A stretch of DNA of 64,000 nucleotides. Origin: Myxine glutinosa. Lineage: Eukaryota. The position numbers were made by a program, and so were the translations under genes. The stretch's first letter is position 1, and the number at the start of each line of letters is the position of its first letter. Shown in pieces: positions 11,601-22,189 of this stretch. The notes under the pieces are model-generated. The model was not told the origin of the DNA. It did no database searches and was given only the letters and a program-made list of their open reading frames with translations. The stretch is taken from NCBI RefSeq assembly GCF_040869285.1, contig NC_090432.1. One strand, given 5' to 3'.

Positions 11601-13140
11601 TCAGGTCTATCATACCGGAGGAGGGAGTAGCCCGGGAGAGATACTATGGAATCAGAGACATCATAAAGGAGGAAAGTTTCTGTTAAGCAGATCACGTCTG
11701 GTTTGACAGAAGCAACCTGTATGGAGAGATCAGTTAAGTTTGAACGAAGGCCCCGGATGTTTGAGGTCCATACCGTTAGTGAAGAGGAAGGGGGAGCATC
11801 AGATACAGAACAGGGGGGAGGAGGGGTAGGGTAAGATGTGGAAGAGGTGGAAGAGATAGGGAGAGCTGTTGAAGGTGTGTCAGAGATTTCAGAATAGCTC
11901 GGAGAAAGGGAAGGATGGGGCGGACAAAAGGTTTGATGGTGATTGGGTGAGCCACAATGAGGTGTTATTTGAGGAGGGGGAAGAGCGAGGCAGAAGGTTG
12001 GGGGAGATGGAGGTGAGAGTTTGAAGGGGGAAGAAGCGGGGAGGACGCTTTGAGGAGGGGGAGTGAGAGGGGGGAAATTGAGAAGCAATGAGGGTGGGGA
12101 GATTTGAAGGGGAGGGGTGAGGGGGGAGTTTGGGAGGGAAGGGACAAGGGGAGGGATTTGAAAGGGATGGGATATGGGGGAGATTTGGAGAGGAGGGGTG
12201 AGGCAGGAGTCTAGGAGGGGAGGGGCGAGTGGGCGTCTTGGTGGGGAGGGGTGAGGGGGTAGTTTAGGAGGGAGGGGGCAAGGGGGGAGATTTGAAAGGG
12301 ATGGGTGATGGGGAAGATTTGGAGGGGAGGGGTGATGGGGAAGATTTGGAGGGGAGGGGTTATGGGGAAGATTTGGAGGGGAGGGGTGAGATTGGATTTT
12401 TGAAAGTGTACGATTTATGGGAAACGAACATTTATTGCAAAATGAGTTTCTTGTGACCTTCGAGTTAAAAATACGTTTAAGGACGCTGGATGGAGGATGG
12501 AGTGCAGGAGAGTTTAGGGAATGTAGAAAAAAGGCACTATAGGAGATGGATTTTTTTTTTGGGATGAATTGATTTGGTGAGCAAGTCGAAAGCAGCCTTT
12601 TAAAGAAGAAGAAGAAAAAGGTGTTATAAAATATGACGGAATACATAACTTGAGGGGAAAGTGTAAACATTGAAGGTTAATGAGTGAAAACTATCTGGGG
12701 AAATGGGGGAGAAACACGTGGTCGAAGAACGAACGAACGAATAAGAATGAATAAACGAATGAGAACAGAGAAGGAAATGTTTTTTTTGTTTTTTTTTTAG
12801 TTGAGATTTACACAAGGAAGTAGGCTATGGGTGAAAAGACTGGGAATACAGAGAACGAAAGTTATTGGATCACAAACGACGGACCGCTGAGAGAAAAACA
12901 AAGCCTCAAGGTTGTACAGTGCACACTGTACAAGGCCTCAAGACACGACACGGCAAACAGACGATCAATTTATGAAAGATAAACACCGAGAAACAACCAA
13001 AGTTGCACACAATAACTTCACACACCGAAAGATAAATACAGTTTCGACAAAATACAATTGTGAACAGACAACTTCGAAAAACGTGGAGACCGTGTGGAGC
13101 TTCGAAAATCCCTCCCACCGTCTCCGAGATCTCGCGAGAT
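8601..13140 (-). mobile_element. CR1-clade non-LTR retrotransposon, copy 1. It appears full length, about 4.5 kb, with a 30-nt poly(A) tail, shown as T30 at 8601-8630 on the + strand. It is antisense within CK2alpha intron 4.
   Basis: It has a single long ORF, a conserved 3'UTR and tail, and the poly(A). The 5'UTR similarity to the copy at 57690 ends near 13140. Confidence 0.85.
8933..12670 (-). CDS. Retrotransposon polyprotein, 1245 aa. It has an N-terminal Pro-rich region with 9-aa tandem repeats (SPPNLPHHP), an APE-type endonuclease, a reverse transcriptase and a CR1-type C-terminal domain.
   Basis: Endonuclease motifs are VICLTETFL, GGGVAIFIK, LICGDFNCHHASW and GSSDHVLV. Reverse-transcriptase motifs are RPISLLPIISKVME, QFGFRPGHST, SLDISRAFDTVWH, GVPQGSVLGPVLF and LFADDSTL. 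The C-terminal MEYCSPLW...AVETKAFRII...LQVFKTAV resembles the CR1 ORF2 C-terminus. Confidence 0.9.
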   Translation of the reverse strand: MFTLSPQVMYSVIFYNTFFFFFFKRLLSTCSPNQFIPKKKSISYSAFFLHSLNSPALHPPSSVLKRIFNSKVTRNSFCNKCSFPINRTLSKIQSHPSPPNLPHNPSPPNLPHHPSPPNLPHHPSLSNLPPCPLPPKLPPHPSPPRRPLAPPLLDSCLTPPLQISPISHPFQIPPLVPSLPNSPLTPPLQISPPSLLLNFPPLTPPPQSVLPASSPFKLSPPSPPTFCLALPPPQITPHCGSPNHHQTFCPPHPSLSPSYSEISDTPSTALPISSTSSTSYPTPPPPCSVSDAPPSSSLTVWTSNIRGLRSNLTDLSIQVASVKPDVICLTETFLLYDVSDSIVSLPGYSLLRYDRPEPRPGGGVAIFIKNSLPHSPCTALSPPHPQEYLWLRLPLRSHLLFICVLYRPPNSDDSIYISLSDDMDQLLSTHPNSLFLICGDFNCHHASWLGVGTSLTSHGSSAKDFCDSLGLTQSVNFPTRISVNGTSSLLDLVMTNFPENVCCSSSAPIGSSDHVLVKVDISLTILREPAQRRRVWHFTQANWHGLQAAINHLDWSPISTTSDINSSWEFFQSKLLSLMHRFIPSRLQLSYPSSRPWYTESCGEAVAQKQLAFVSWKANPTEGNLISFHKARNKCVSTLRRARKQYLSVLKTELSYLSPSSKSWWRLVKSVSGVCSPSIPSLTSNGYTADSAREKAECLNSVFASKSCVPNPSLSVPTIPSRTLLLLDSVSFPPDKVEKFLSTLDSDSATGPDGISPRVLKSCSAALSHPLSVLFTLSFAQGQLPSAWKSANITALHKKGAKTDPSNYRPISLLPIISKVMESIIASDMKSFLFSNGLISDHQFGFRPGHSTLDMLLLLSQQWMEVLNAKQEIRAVSLDISRAFDTVWHPALLTKLSSFGIHGNLHAWLADFLSSRRQRVALNGFLSSPLPVQAGVPQGSVLGPVLFLVFINDLSDSLENPLYLFADDSTLCRSIPLPSDRQSAASSLSEDLDKITDWSNKWNMSFNPDKSHTLTMSLRKDRLDNPPIYFLNNPLQEVLSLKILGLTICHDLSWENHISKLASKASRRLGILRRAKSFLGTPELLTTYKAFIRSSMEYCSPLWAGAPASHLARLHAVETKAFRIIGISRDEAISEGLSLTHRRQVGGLSVFYRLLSGLAPPALSVLCPPNIPTGRTRSASNPLMVKLPKSRLSAHLHSFIPLFSRLWNKLPHSLQSHSSLQVFKTAVHHHLLSSPIQNLDLFYPR

Positions 13141-14276
13141 CCCAAGACACGTTGTGGACAGATTGGACAGAACGTTGTGGACAGATTTGGTATAAATTTG
13201 GTGGAGAGGTTGGGTGTGTGACGAGGCTGTAATGGTTAGATTTTGGTGAAGATCCGGATCCAGATCCGGCCCATCAGTGGGATACAAAATGTATTTAAAC
13301 TGTTCAGCCTGGCGGGGGTGTGCGCTGCACCGAGTGCCATTCTAGTGTACTTTGTGCAAGTGCTGAAATTGTAGGGCCTCAGTGCTTTGTTGGTGACCCG
13401 CAGACCAGAACAGTAGATGCTTAAGGGCATTTGTAGACCAACCTTCACCTTGTGTGCCAGGAATGGCATTTAAAGACATCGCAATTCCCATAAACCCCTT
13501 GCCCACGATGCTTGTGTGCATATTCGGCATTAAGATCGTGAAACTATAAATGGGGTTTGTAATCCATGGCTGTCTGGAAATTGTCGATTAACTGTGCCAT
13601 GTTTGTGAAATATTCGTCGTAATTATTTGCTACGCAATTATATTCATCAGGGCGGTTAAATTGCGGTGCCGTGAACTAATTTTGTGTAATTTCTGTTTCT
13701 CATTGCTTGATCGAGCTGTATACCTGATGTTTGGTGAGAACTGCCAAATGATTTTTGTTTTGTGCATGTTTATTTATTTATTTAGCTTTTTGGATTATTA
13801 TCGCTCTTCGAATAAGGACTAACATTTTGTACTTTGGTTGCAATCAATGAACAAAAATTAATTGACCAGAATAAGTTCCCGCTCCCTCCCTTTTTGTGGG
13901 AATTTTTGGTCTGATCATTTTATTTGTCGATGTAGAAGGAAGCACGTGGTCAGAAACTGCCACTTTAGCCATTGCTAAACTAAACATGGTATATGAAACA
14001 TGGTGTATGTAATCAACATTTGAGGATGCATGAAATATGGAACAATTTTTTGGATTTGACCTCTGATTCATGCCCCAGGGGGTGGGGCCTTGCGGTCATG
14101 GGCATTAAAAATGGGGAAAAATTAATGAAAAAATTAACATTGGGTTATTCCTGGTGGAACTTTATGCCCTCTTTCAACTTTGTCGTCGGTGGTACACAAT
14201 CGACTTCGCTCTAGTTTTTCTGTTTCTCCACCGTAACCTCTTTAAAATGTTTTTTTTTTTTTTTTGTCTTCTGCAG

Positions 14277-14336
14277 CAACTGTACCAGACGTTGACAGAT
14301 TATGACATCCGCTACTACATGTATGAGATTCTAAAG
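14277..14336 (+). CDS. CSNK2A1: CK2alpha exon 5 ([20 protein letters not shown]); followed by a GC donor (AAG|GCAAGT)
   Basis: The acceptor is ttctgcag|CAA at 14275-14276. The only frame-preserving junction to the next exon, giving K|ALDFCHS as in human KALDYCHS, uses GC at 14337-14338. Confidence 0.8.
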
Positions 14337-14434
14337 GCAAGTGCATGTTGGGTGGCTTGGGAAGAATGGGTGCTGTAGGATGTTTGAAGATGCGTGAAAG
14401 TTTTATGCAAAACCTGGCGTGTACCGCCTCTCAG

Positions 14435-14518
14435 GCCCTGGACTTCTGCCACAGCATGGGAATTATGCACCGTGACGTAAAACCTCACAACGTCATGATT
14501 GACCACGAGAACCGCAAG
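14435..14518 (+). CDS. CSNK2A1: CK2alpha exon 6 ([28 protein letters not shown], the catalytic loop HRDVKPHN); followed by a second GC donor (AAG|GCAAGA)
   Basis: The acceptor is ctctcag|GCC at 14433-14434. There is no GT within reach that keeps RK|LRLIDWG in frame, so a GC donor at 14519-14520 is inferred. Confidence 0.8.
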
Positions 14519-14642
14519 GCAAGATGAGACTATTGCACTTGAGATATTTCTGCCATTGTCGTTGTCTCCCAATGGGATTGATTACCCATGTTTCCATGGC
14601 GTCGCCCTCTGCTGTGTTTTGGGGTTTTTTTCCCCCCTTTAG

Positions 14643-14828
<186 letters not shown>

Positions 14829-14925
14829 TAAGATAGGTGTGTAAAATTCCCCCTTGTGTTAACGATTGTTAATTTGAGCTGAATATCTGCTTTTATGGAC
14901 TATTAGAGGTGAAGCCATTCACTGA

Positions 14926-15150
<225 letters not shown>

Positions 15151-15412
15151 TGATCATTCTCTTCAGCGATTCCTAAATCTCTTCTTGGGTATGGAGTGGG
15201 GGGAGGGGTGGAAGCCCGTAGGGTGAAGACTACTGCTGCTTGGTAGTAAAGTGGTTACAACTATGTATATTCAGCAAGGCCTGCTGGTGAGGGCTTGTGT
15301 CACTTGCATAGTTTCGACTACGTATCTTTTGCGATTCATTTGGGGGGAGGGAGGGAATGTGCAATTAAAATCAGCAGAAATAAATGCCGTTGGTGGTGGT
15401 GTATACCTACAG

Positions 15413-15513
15413 CTGGTGCGGATAGCACGAGTGCTGGGAACAGAAGAGTTGTACAACTATGTCGACAAATACAATATCGACTTGGATCCTCGCTTCAACG
15501 ACATCCTGGGAAG
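15413..15513 (+). CDS. CSNK2A1: CK2alpha exon 9 ([33 protein letters not shown] + AG of an Arg codon)
   Basis: The acceptor is tacctacag|CTG at 15411-15412 and the donor AG|GTAGTT at 15514. The split Arg codon is completed by the first nucleotide of the next exon. Confidence 0.88.
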
Positions 15514-15869
15514 GTAGTTATTTATTTTACATGCATTGAGTGCACTGTATTAATATTATCCAAGTTCAGAAGGCTAAAATAAATAAACTTTAAGGTGAGT
15601 TTTGATAAGATTGTCGCAAAAAAGGTCTCTCTTGGTCTTGGTTAAACATCCTGCCGTTTGTTCTAACTCCTAAATTGTAATTTGTGTGAGTGTTCCCCAC
15701 AATCCCATGTATCCCAATTGAAGTCAGCTAACGCGAGTGTTATAATTTGGGAGTTGGCCAATTAAATGCACGGACAGCATTGGTTTGTATGTGCATGTAT
15801 GCTTTTAAGTGAAACAACCGAAAAATGTTTAAATGCTTTTTCAAGGTGTCATGCCTTTTTATCTATTGG

Positions 15870-16168
15870 CTTAGCCTGGTGTTAGCTTAGCGGTTAGGGT
15901 GCTGGCTTGGGATCCTAGGATCCTGGGTTTGAATCCCGGTTTATCGCTGAATTAACACCAGGGGGGTTGACTCAGCCTGTCATCCTTCCGAGGTCGGCAA
16001 ATTGAGTACCAGGTCACTGGTAATTCCCTGTGTGTCGCAAGAGGGGACTAACAGGGTTGGCGGCAGGAAGGGCATCCGGCCATAAAACATTGCTTCAAAA
16101 AGGGGACCAGGGTGCCCCAAAAAGGCCAACCCCTGCTCTGTGGGGAAAAATGGCCTCTAAAGGTGGTT
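15870..16168 (+). mobile_element. tRNA-derived SINE, copy B, in CK2alpha intron 9. It is flanked by a 17-19 bp target-site duplication, TCATGCCTTTTTATCTATT, at 15851-15869 and 16169-16188.
   Basis: The tRNA-like head is tagcttagcggttagggtg...cctgggtttgaatcccgg. The body is AACACCAGGGGGGTTGACTCAGCCTGTCATCCTTCCGAGGTCGGCAAA. The tail ...ggccaacccctgctctgtggggaaaaatggcctctaaa resembles the RTE fragment 3' end at 23340-23380. The TSD is directly visible. Confidence 0.75.
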
Positions 16169-16452
16169 CATGCCTTTTTATCTATTATCTTTTTTTTTTC
16201 AGGAAGCGTTTCTCTTTGGCTTGAATTTGTTTTGCTTGTCCTCGTGCAATAATGTTTCTGTATCCTCACTTGGTTCAGCTAGAAATGCTTTTCATATTAT
16301 TGCGCAAATTTGTTGCATTTGTCATTGGTTTGTTGTTGCTGTTGATACTTCAGTTGACTTGCATATCAGATGAACGTTTATTTATTTATTTATTTTTTGA
16401 CTCGTGTTTTTTTCCCCTTTTTTCTGGAATCTGGGAGAGTCCAAAGTTGTGA

Positions 16453-16737
<285 letters not shown>

Positions 16738-18570
16738 TAAATACCACTAAAGGTGGTTACACAGCAATAAGCTCCTGATCTTTTCAAAAAGGCAAACCCG
16801 TATGTTTATAAAATATATTTGAGGTTTTGTGCGAGTTTGCAAAGGTAAAATGCAATGCGCTTCAAATGAATGAATATGAAACTCAATTAAAAAACCCTCT
16901 TTTTCTATAGTATCTTCTACCGCACTATACTACCAATGGTGAAATGACAAGTCGCTGCTTTCCAGCTGAGAATTGCCCAGATGTTTGGCTGATTTGAACA
17001 GATACCTTCTGTACATGGCCTTGGAATGGATTTTGTTGCTTTCTTTCATCACGCCATGTCCAAGACGAATAAAATGTATGGAGTTCATTGAGGAATGTTT
17101 ATTTGCTGTTAGAGTAGAACCCCCATCATGGTAATGAAGACCCGTGTAATCCTCAAATTCACCATGGGGAATGTTATGAAGTGAAGACTACAGGCCAAAC
17201 TAACTTAACAAACCATTGAGAATTCCCTTCAGGGAAGAGAATGCCGACATTTTTGGGCAAGATACTAAACTCTGTCATGACATAAAACCTTTAATAATGA
17301 GATATCGGGGTGCAAGGCAAGCATCAGTGCGATTTGGAATACCACGCAAGAGAAAAGGACACAGACACGGTGCAAAAATAGGGTGTATTCTGGGCCTAAA
17401 AATGTTGAAATGGGATTGGTGGAATGCCATGCCTTGGAGCACATTGTTGAAGTGTGATGGAGGATCTGCGGGATTCTGGGATGCCAGTTACAGGCTTGAT
17501 AAAACTGAATGATAGACTGAATAAAATAAAATAATATCGTCAATCCCACCTCAAACTTGTAAAAACAATTTTTCCATTTCATTTATTATTTTGCAGGTAG
17601 CTCAATCGAGACATGCATTGTGCCCCTGCAGGATTGCAAAAAAGTGAACCAAATCACGATTGAGTAGCTCTCATGGCGCAAAGATTATCATCATTAGCTG
17701 TCCTATGACAGGATAAGGCCAATTCGTGAAATCATTGAGTTACAAAAAATAATTCCAAATAGTAGAAGGGGTTAAACAGAATAAGTCACCGATCATTGAT
17801 TTGGGTTAAAAGGGCGATTCATATTGTTACATTTGTGGGGGTAGGGAAGAAATACCATAATGGAGATAGGAATGTATAGGTTTTAGCTTGGACCTTGGAC
17901 GTGAAGAAGAACCCAGATGTAATAAGTAGGGAACCTGTCAGGTTAAGTGTTTGCATGTCGCCATAAGGGGCGTGGTTTTTGTGTTAACAAGACAGGGCTT
18001 AAGATTAATTCCCGTGTGTAATTGCTTCCTGTGATTTTCCCTTCCGGTTTTACATTCACTTGGTCCCTTAAACCACAACAACTGACATTGCCAATAGAGA
18101 CTACACTCTGCCCCGACAACTCGTAACGAGAGACCACACCCCGAGAGTCGAGATTGGTCCAGGGGACATGGAGTGGTGTTGACGAAGCTCGGCGATTGGT
18201 CAGGGGTGATTTCAGAGGTCGAATGTTTGAGAGAGAAGACGACGACATCTCCCCTTGCTCGCTCTCTTAGTTATTCGTCGCGTGAGGGAACGGCTGCGTT
18301 TTCGTGCCCGGGCACGCTGTGGAGTGATTTTGGAGCCTTTGTGAACTGTTGGCACTATCAAGGAAGAGATTGTCGCAGCCGTCGAAGAGGAGCCAGAAAG
18401 CGACGCTTCGTGGGGCTTGTGGCGGTTCAAACGGAGTGGGACTTGACGGAAGAGCGATTCGGCGCCATCTTACTCCCGCCGACGATCGGGCCATTGGCCG
18501 AACTGTGGGACCCGTTCCACGGCCACCAGGCATCCCACAGCCCTTTTTGAGGCCGGAGCTGAGTACCGGC

Positions 18571-20880
18571 CTTTTTTTTTTTTTTTTTCTTTTTTTTTTT
18601 GTTTGTTTTTTGTATACAAGATCGAGGCTCGTGAAAGAGCGAACATTAATCACACAGAAAGACAAACAGACACATAAACAAATAACATCGGGAGCGGTAG
18701 ACAAGATGGGGAGAGAGGGGGAAGGACACAAACACAACATTTGAGAGCAGGGACCGAGAGACATGGAGACATCGAGAGATCTGTGGGAGGGAGAGGGCTT
18801 TGGGGGGAGGCATGTGAAGGGGGGGGGGGGGGCGGGGGGAGAGGTATAAACATATGGACACTGCCAGGACTTCCAGGAAAGAAGTTGGAATTTCAAACAA
18901 GGTGGATCTGGGGTGAATTAGTGGGGGTAGAAAAGATCAAGGTTTTGGATGGGGGAAGATAAGAGATGGTGGTGAACAGCTGTTTTAAAGACCTGGAGGG
19001 AAGAGTGGTATTGAAGGGAGTGTGGGAGTTTGTTCCAGAGGCGGGAGAAAAGAGGAATGAAAGAGTGAAGGTGAGCAGAGAGCCGAGATTTCGGCAGTTT
19101 AACCATCAGAGGGTTGCTGGCAGATCTTGTGCGACCTGTAGGAATATTTGGGGGACAGAGCACAGAGAGAGCTGGGGGAGCAAGGCCGGAGAGGAGTCGG
19201 TAGAAGACAGAAAGACCACCTACCTGCCTGCGGTGAGCGAGTGAAAGGCCCTCAGAGATAGCTTCATCGCGGGAGATTCCAATGATTTTGAAAGCTTTGG
19301 ATTCAACAGCGTGAAGCCGAGCCAGGTGTGAGGCAGGAGCACCAGCCCTTAGGGGAGAACAGTATTCCATTGAGCTGCGGATGAAAGCCTTGTATGTGGT
19401 GAGGAGCTCAGGTGTGCCGAGGAAGGACTTCACACGACGGAGGATGCCCAGTCGGCGACTGGCTTTGGAGGCCAGCTTGGAAATGTGGTTTTCCCAAGAA
19501 AGATCATGGCAGATAGTGAGACCAAAAAGCTTGAGCGACAGAACTTCTTGGAGAGGATTGTTGAGAAAGTAGATGGGAGGGTTGTCCAGTCGATCTTTTC
19601 GGAGAGACATAGTAAGAGAGTGAGATTTGTCAGGATTGAAAGACATGTTCCACTTGTTTGACCAGTCTGTGATTTTGTCCAGGTCTTCAGAGAGTGAGGA
19701 GGCTGCAGACTGCCGATCTGAGGGAAGAGGAATGGAGCGGCAGAGAGTGGAGTCATCAGCAAAGAGATAGAGAGGATTTTCCAGAGAGTCGGAGAGATCA
19801 TTGATAAAGACCAGAAAAAGCACAGGGCCCAGCACACTGCCTTGGGGAACTCCAGCCTGAACAGGAAGGGGAGATGAGAGAAATCCATTCAGGGCCACAC
19901 GTTGACTATGACCAGAGAGGAAGTCCGCAAGCCATGCATGGAGATTTCCATGGATACCATAGGAGGAGAGTTTGGTGAGCAGAGTTGGGTGCCAGACCGT
20001 ATCGAAGGCACGTGATATGTCAAGGGAGACGGCTCTGATTTCCTGTTTGGCATTGAGGACCTCCATCCATTGTTGAGACAGCAGAAGCAGCATGTCCAGA
20101 GTAGAGTGACCTGGTCTGAAACCAAATTGATGATCAGAGATCAAGCCATTGGAGAAGAGGAAAGATTTCATATCCGAAGCAATGATGGATTCCATGACTT
20201 TGCTGATAATTGGGAGCAGGCTGATTGGTCTGTAGTTGCAAGGATCTGTTTTTGCACCTTTTTTGTGTAAAGCGGTAATGTTAGCTGATTTCCAGGATGC
20301 TGGCAGATGACCTTGAGCAAAAGATAGGGTGAAAAGAACAGAGAGAGGGTGAAATAGAGCGGCAGAGCAGGATTTTAGGACCCGTGGGCTGATGCCGTCT
20401 GGTCCAGTTGCAGAATCAGAGTCGAGGTTTGACAAAAACTCCTCCACCTTGTCAGGAGAGAAGGACACAGAGTTCAGGAGCAGTTGGGTTCGACTGGGAA
20501 AGGTGGGAACAGAGAGAGAAGGGTTTGGGACTAAGGATTTTGAGGCAAACACAGAGTTGAGGCATTCGGCTTTGTCACGTGCGATGTCAACTGTGTGGCC
20601 ATTTGAGGTAAGGGAGGGGATGGAGGGGGAACAAACACCAGAAACGGATTTGACCAGACGCCACCAGGATTTGGAGGAAGGAGACAGGTTTGAGAGTTCA
20701 TTCTTGAGTGAGGAGAGATAGTGCTTCCTGGCTCTCCTGAGGGTAGACACACACTTGTTCCGAGCTTGGTGGAAGGAACTGAGATTGCCTTCAGTTGGAT
20801 TAGCCTTCCAAGAGGCAAAGGCAAGTTGTTTCAGGGCAACTGCCTCACCACAAGATTCAGTGTACCATGGACGGGCAGTT
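18571..20880 (-). mobile_element. CR1-clade retrotransposon, copy 2, 5'-truncated at about 20880, with a poly(A) tail (T-run at 18571-18600)
   Basis: The 610-aa ORF at 18918..20750 is more than 95% identical to the reverse-transcriptase and C-terminal part of the 1245-aa ORF. The 3'UTR and tail are conserved, and similarity stops abruptly at gtgtaccatggacgggcag|ttgttttc. Confidence 0.85.
18918..20750 (-). CDS. Truncated reverse-transcriptase and C-terminal-domain ORF of the CR1-clade element (610 aa)
   Basis: Near-identity to residues about 640-1245 of the copy 1 polyprotein. Confidence 0.85.
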   Translation of the reverse strand: MSTLRRARKHYLSSLKNELSNLSPSSKSWWRLVKSVSGVCSPSIPSLTSNGHTVDIARDKAECLNSVFASKSLVPNPSLSVPTFPSRTQLLLNSVSFSPDKVEEFLSNLDSDSATGPDGISPRVLKSCSAALFHPLSVLFTLSFAQGHLPASWKSANITALHKKGAKTDPCNYRPISLLPIISKVMESIIASDMKSFLFSNGLISDHQFGFRPGHSTLDMLLLLSQQWMEVLNAKQEIRAVSLDISRAFDTVWHPTLLTKLSSYGIHGNLHAWLADFLSGHSQRVALNGFLSSPLPVQAGVPQGSVLGPVLFLVFINDLSDSLENPLYLFADDSTLCRSIPLPSDRQSAASSLSEDLDKITDWSNKWNMSFNPDKSHSLTMSLRKDRLDNPPIYFLNNPLQEVLSLKLFGLTICHDLSWENHISKLASKASRRLGILRRVKSFLGTPELLTTYKAFIRSSMEYCSPLRAGAPASHLARLHAVESKAFKIIGISRDEAISEGLSLAHRRQVGGLSVFYRLLSGLAPPALSVLCPPNIPTGRTRSASNPLMVKLPKSRLSAHLHSFIPLFSRLWNKLPHSLQYHSSLQVFKTAVHHHLLSSPIQNLDLFYPH

Positions 20881-21924
20881 GTTTTCTTTTATCATTCCAT
20901 TGTTGTGTAATTGTGTCTGATGGAGGATCCTCACCGTAGGAGTTATAGTTTTTACCTCGCATTTCATTTTTATCGTACCGCATTTATTTTCATTAAATTC
21001 ATTTATTGTGCATTTTATTCTTGTGTCGCGTTTCTTTGTTCTGTCGGTTTCAGATTAGACCCTGTGTGCTCGTACAGGCAAGACCTCAGTTCCTTCCTGT
21101 CCAGTGTGTGCCAAAAAAGATTCCGCCAAGTGTTGAACTGCTGCCTTGGAGTTAACCGATCGGCTATCCGTCTGAGGCCGGTGTTCATTGGCCATGGACA
21201 TGACAAAATGACAATATTAAGACTGTTAATCGTGAATATAATTTTGCTTGTCGATCATTTTCGCAATGCCATTTTCACACAACTCTTTCCAATTGTTACC
21301 GCAGCGACAGGATTGCTCCCATGTGGAAATGCTAACTTCACATCTTTTTCAAAGTCATTTGAGATGGTCTTTGTAGCGTAGATATTCATCACCACTATTA
21401 CGATGGCCAGCAGCAATTTCAGAATAGAAAATTGATTTTTGGCAGTCGGTTGTCGTAACGCAGCTTTGCTAAGGCCAGATGCACGAACATGGGTTTGAAG
21501 TTCGAAATGCACCCAACATCTCTAAGATACAAAGTTAGACCAATTTATTTTAAGAATTTTAACGCAAGTGATGTTGCTGCATTGATCCATTTAATGTGGT
21601 TGGCATACAGGGGGAAAGTTTCACGTCTTTAGATAAGAGTAGATAAACCTATGGCACAATACACAGCTAAGTTTGTATGCAAATTAATGCCAGCGGAGTG
21701 CCACACATGATTCCGCAGTTTGCTGAAGCTTGCGGCCGAGATGCGATAACTAATTTCACGATCATTGCTGAGGGTATTTTAAATATTGCTACCAAGATAG
21801 ACAAGGTTGTTCACCAAATTCAACGCAGCGCCATCAATGGCAAAGGAGTGGGAATTTTGAAATTTTTAAGGAACTATTGGTTGATGTAAAATTTGTTTTA
21901 GATGGATTGATTGCTTAGCCAAAG

Positions 21925-22150
21925 TTTGGTCTGAATCCACCCATAGCTTTTTGAGATATCGTGCTATATATCGATTTTAGCAAGATCACTCAATGGTGAA
22001 GAATCACTTAAAAATTATAGGAACAGGATTTGAATCTTCACCAAAATTTAATAAATTCTTCCTTGTCACATACCTAACTTCTCCACCAAATTTCAGCCGA
22101 ATCAATACACAACTTTGAGATATCCCAGTTCAAAGACAGACGAGTGAAAG
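21925..22150. repeat. Single unit of the ~165-bp 'ggtgaagaatcac' repeat also found tandemly at 48190-48680
   Basis: Alignment of 21941-22110 with units at 48250-48610 (caatggtgaagaatcacttaaaaatt...cttcaccaaaat...ccaccaaattt...ccacaacttt). Confidence 0.5.
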
Positions 22151-22189
22151 CACAACTGTTACGGATCCGTCACTTCCACCTTTGTTGCT

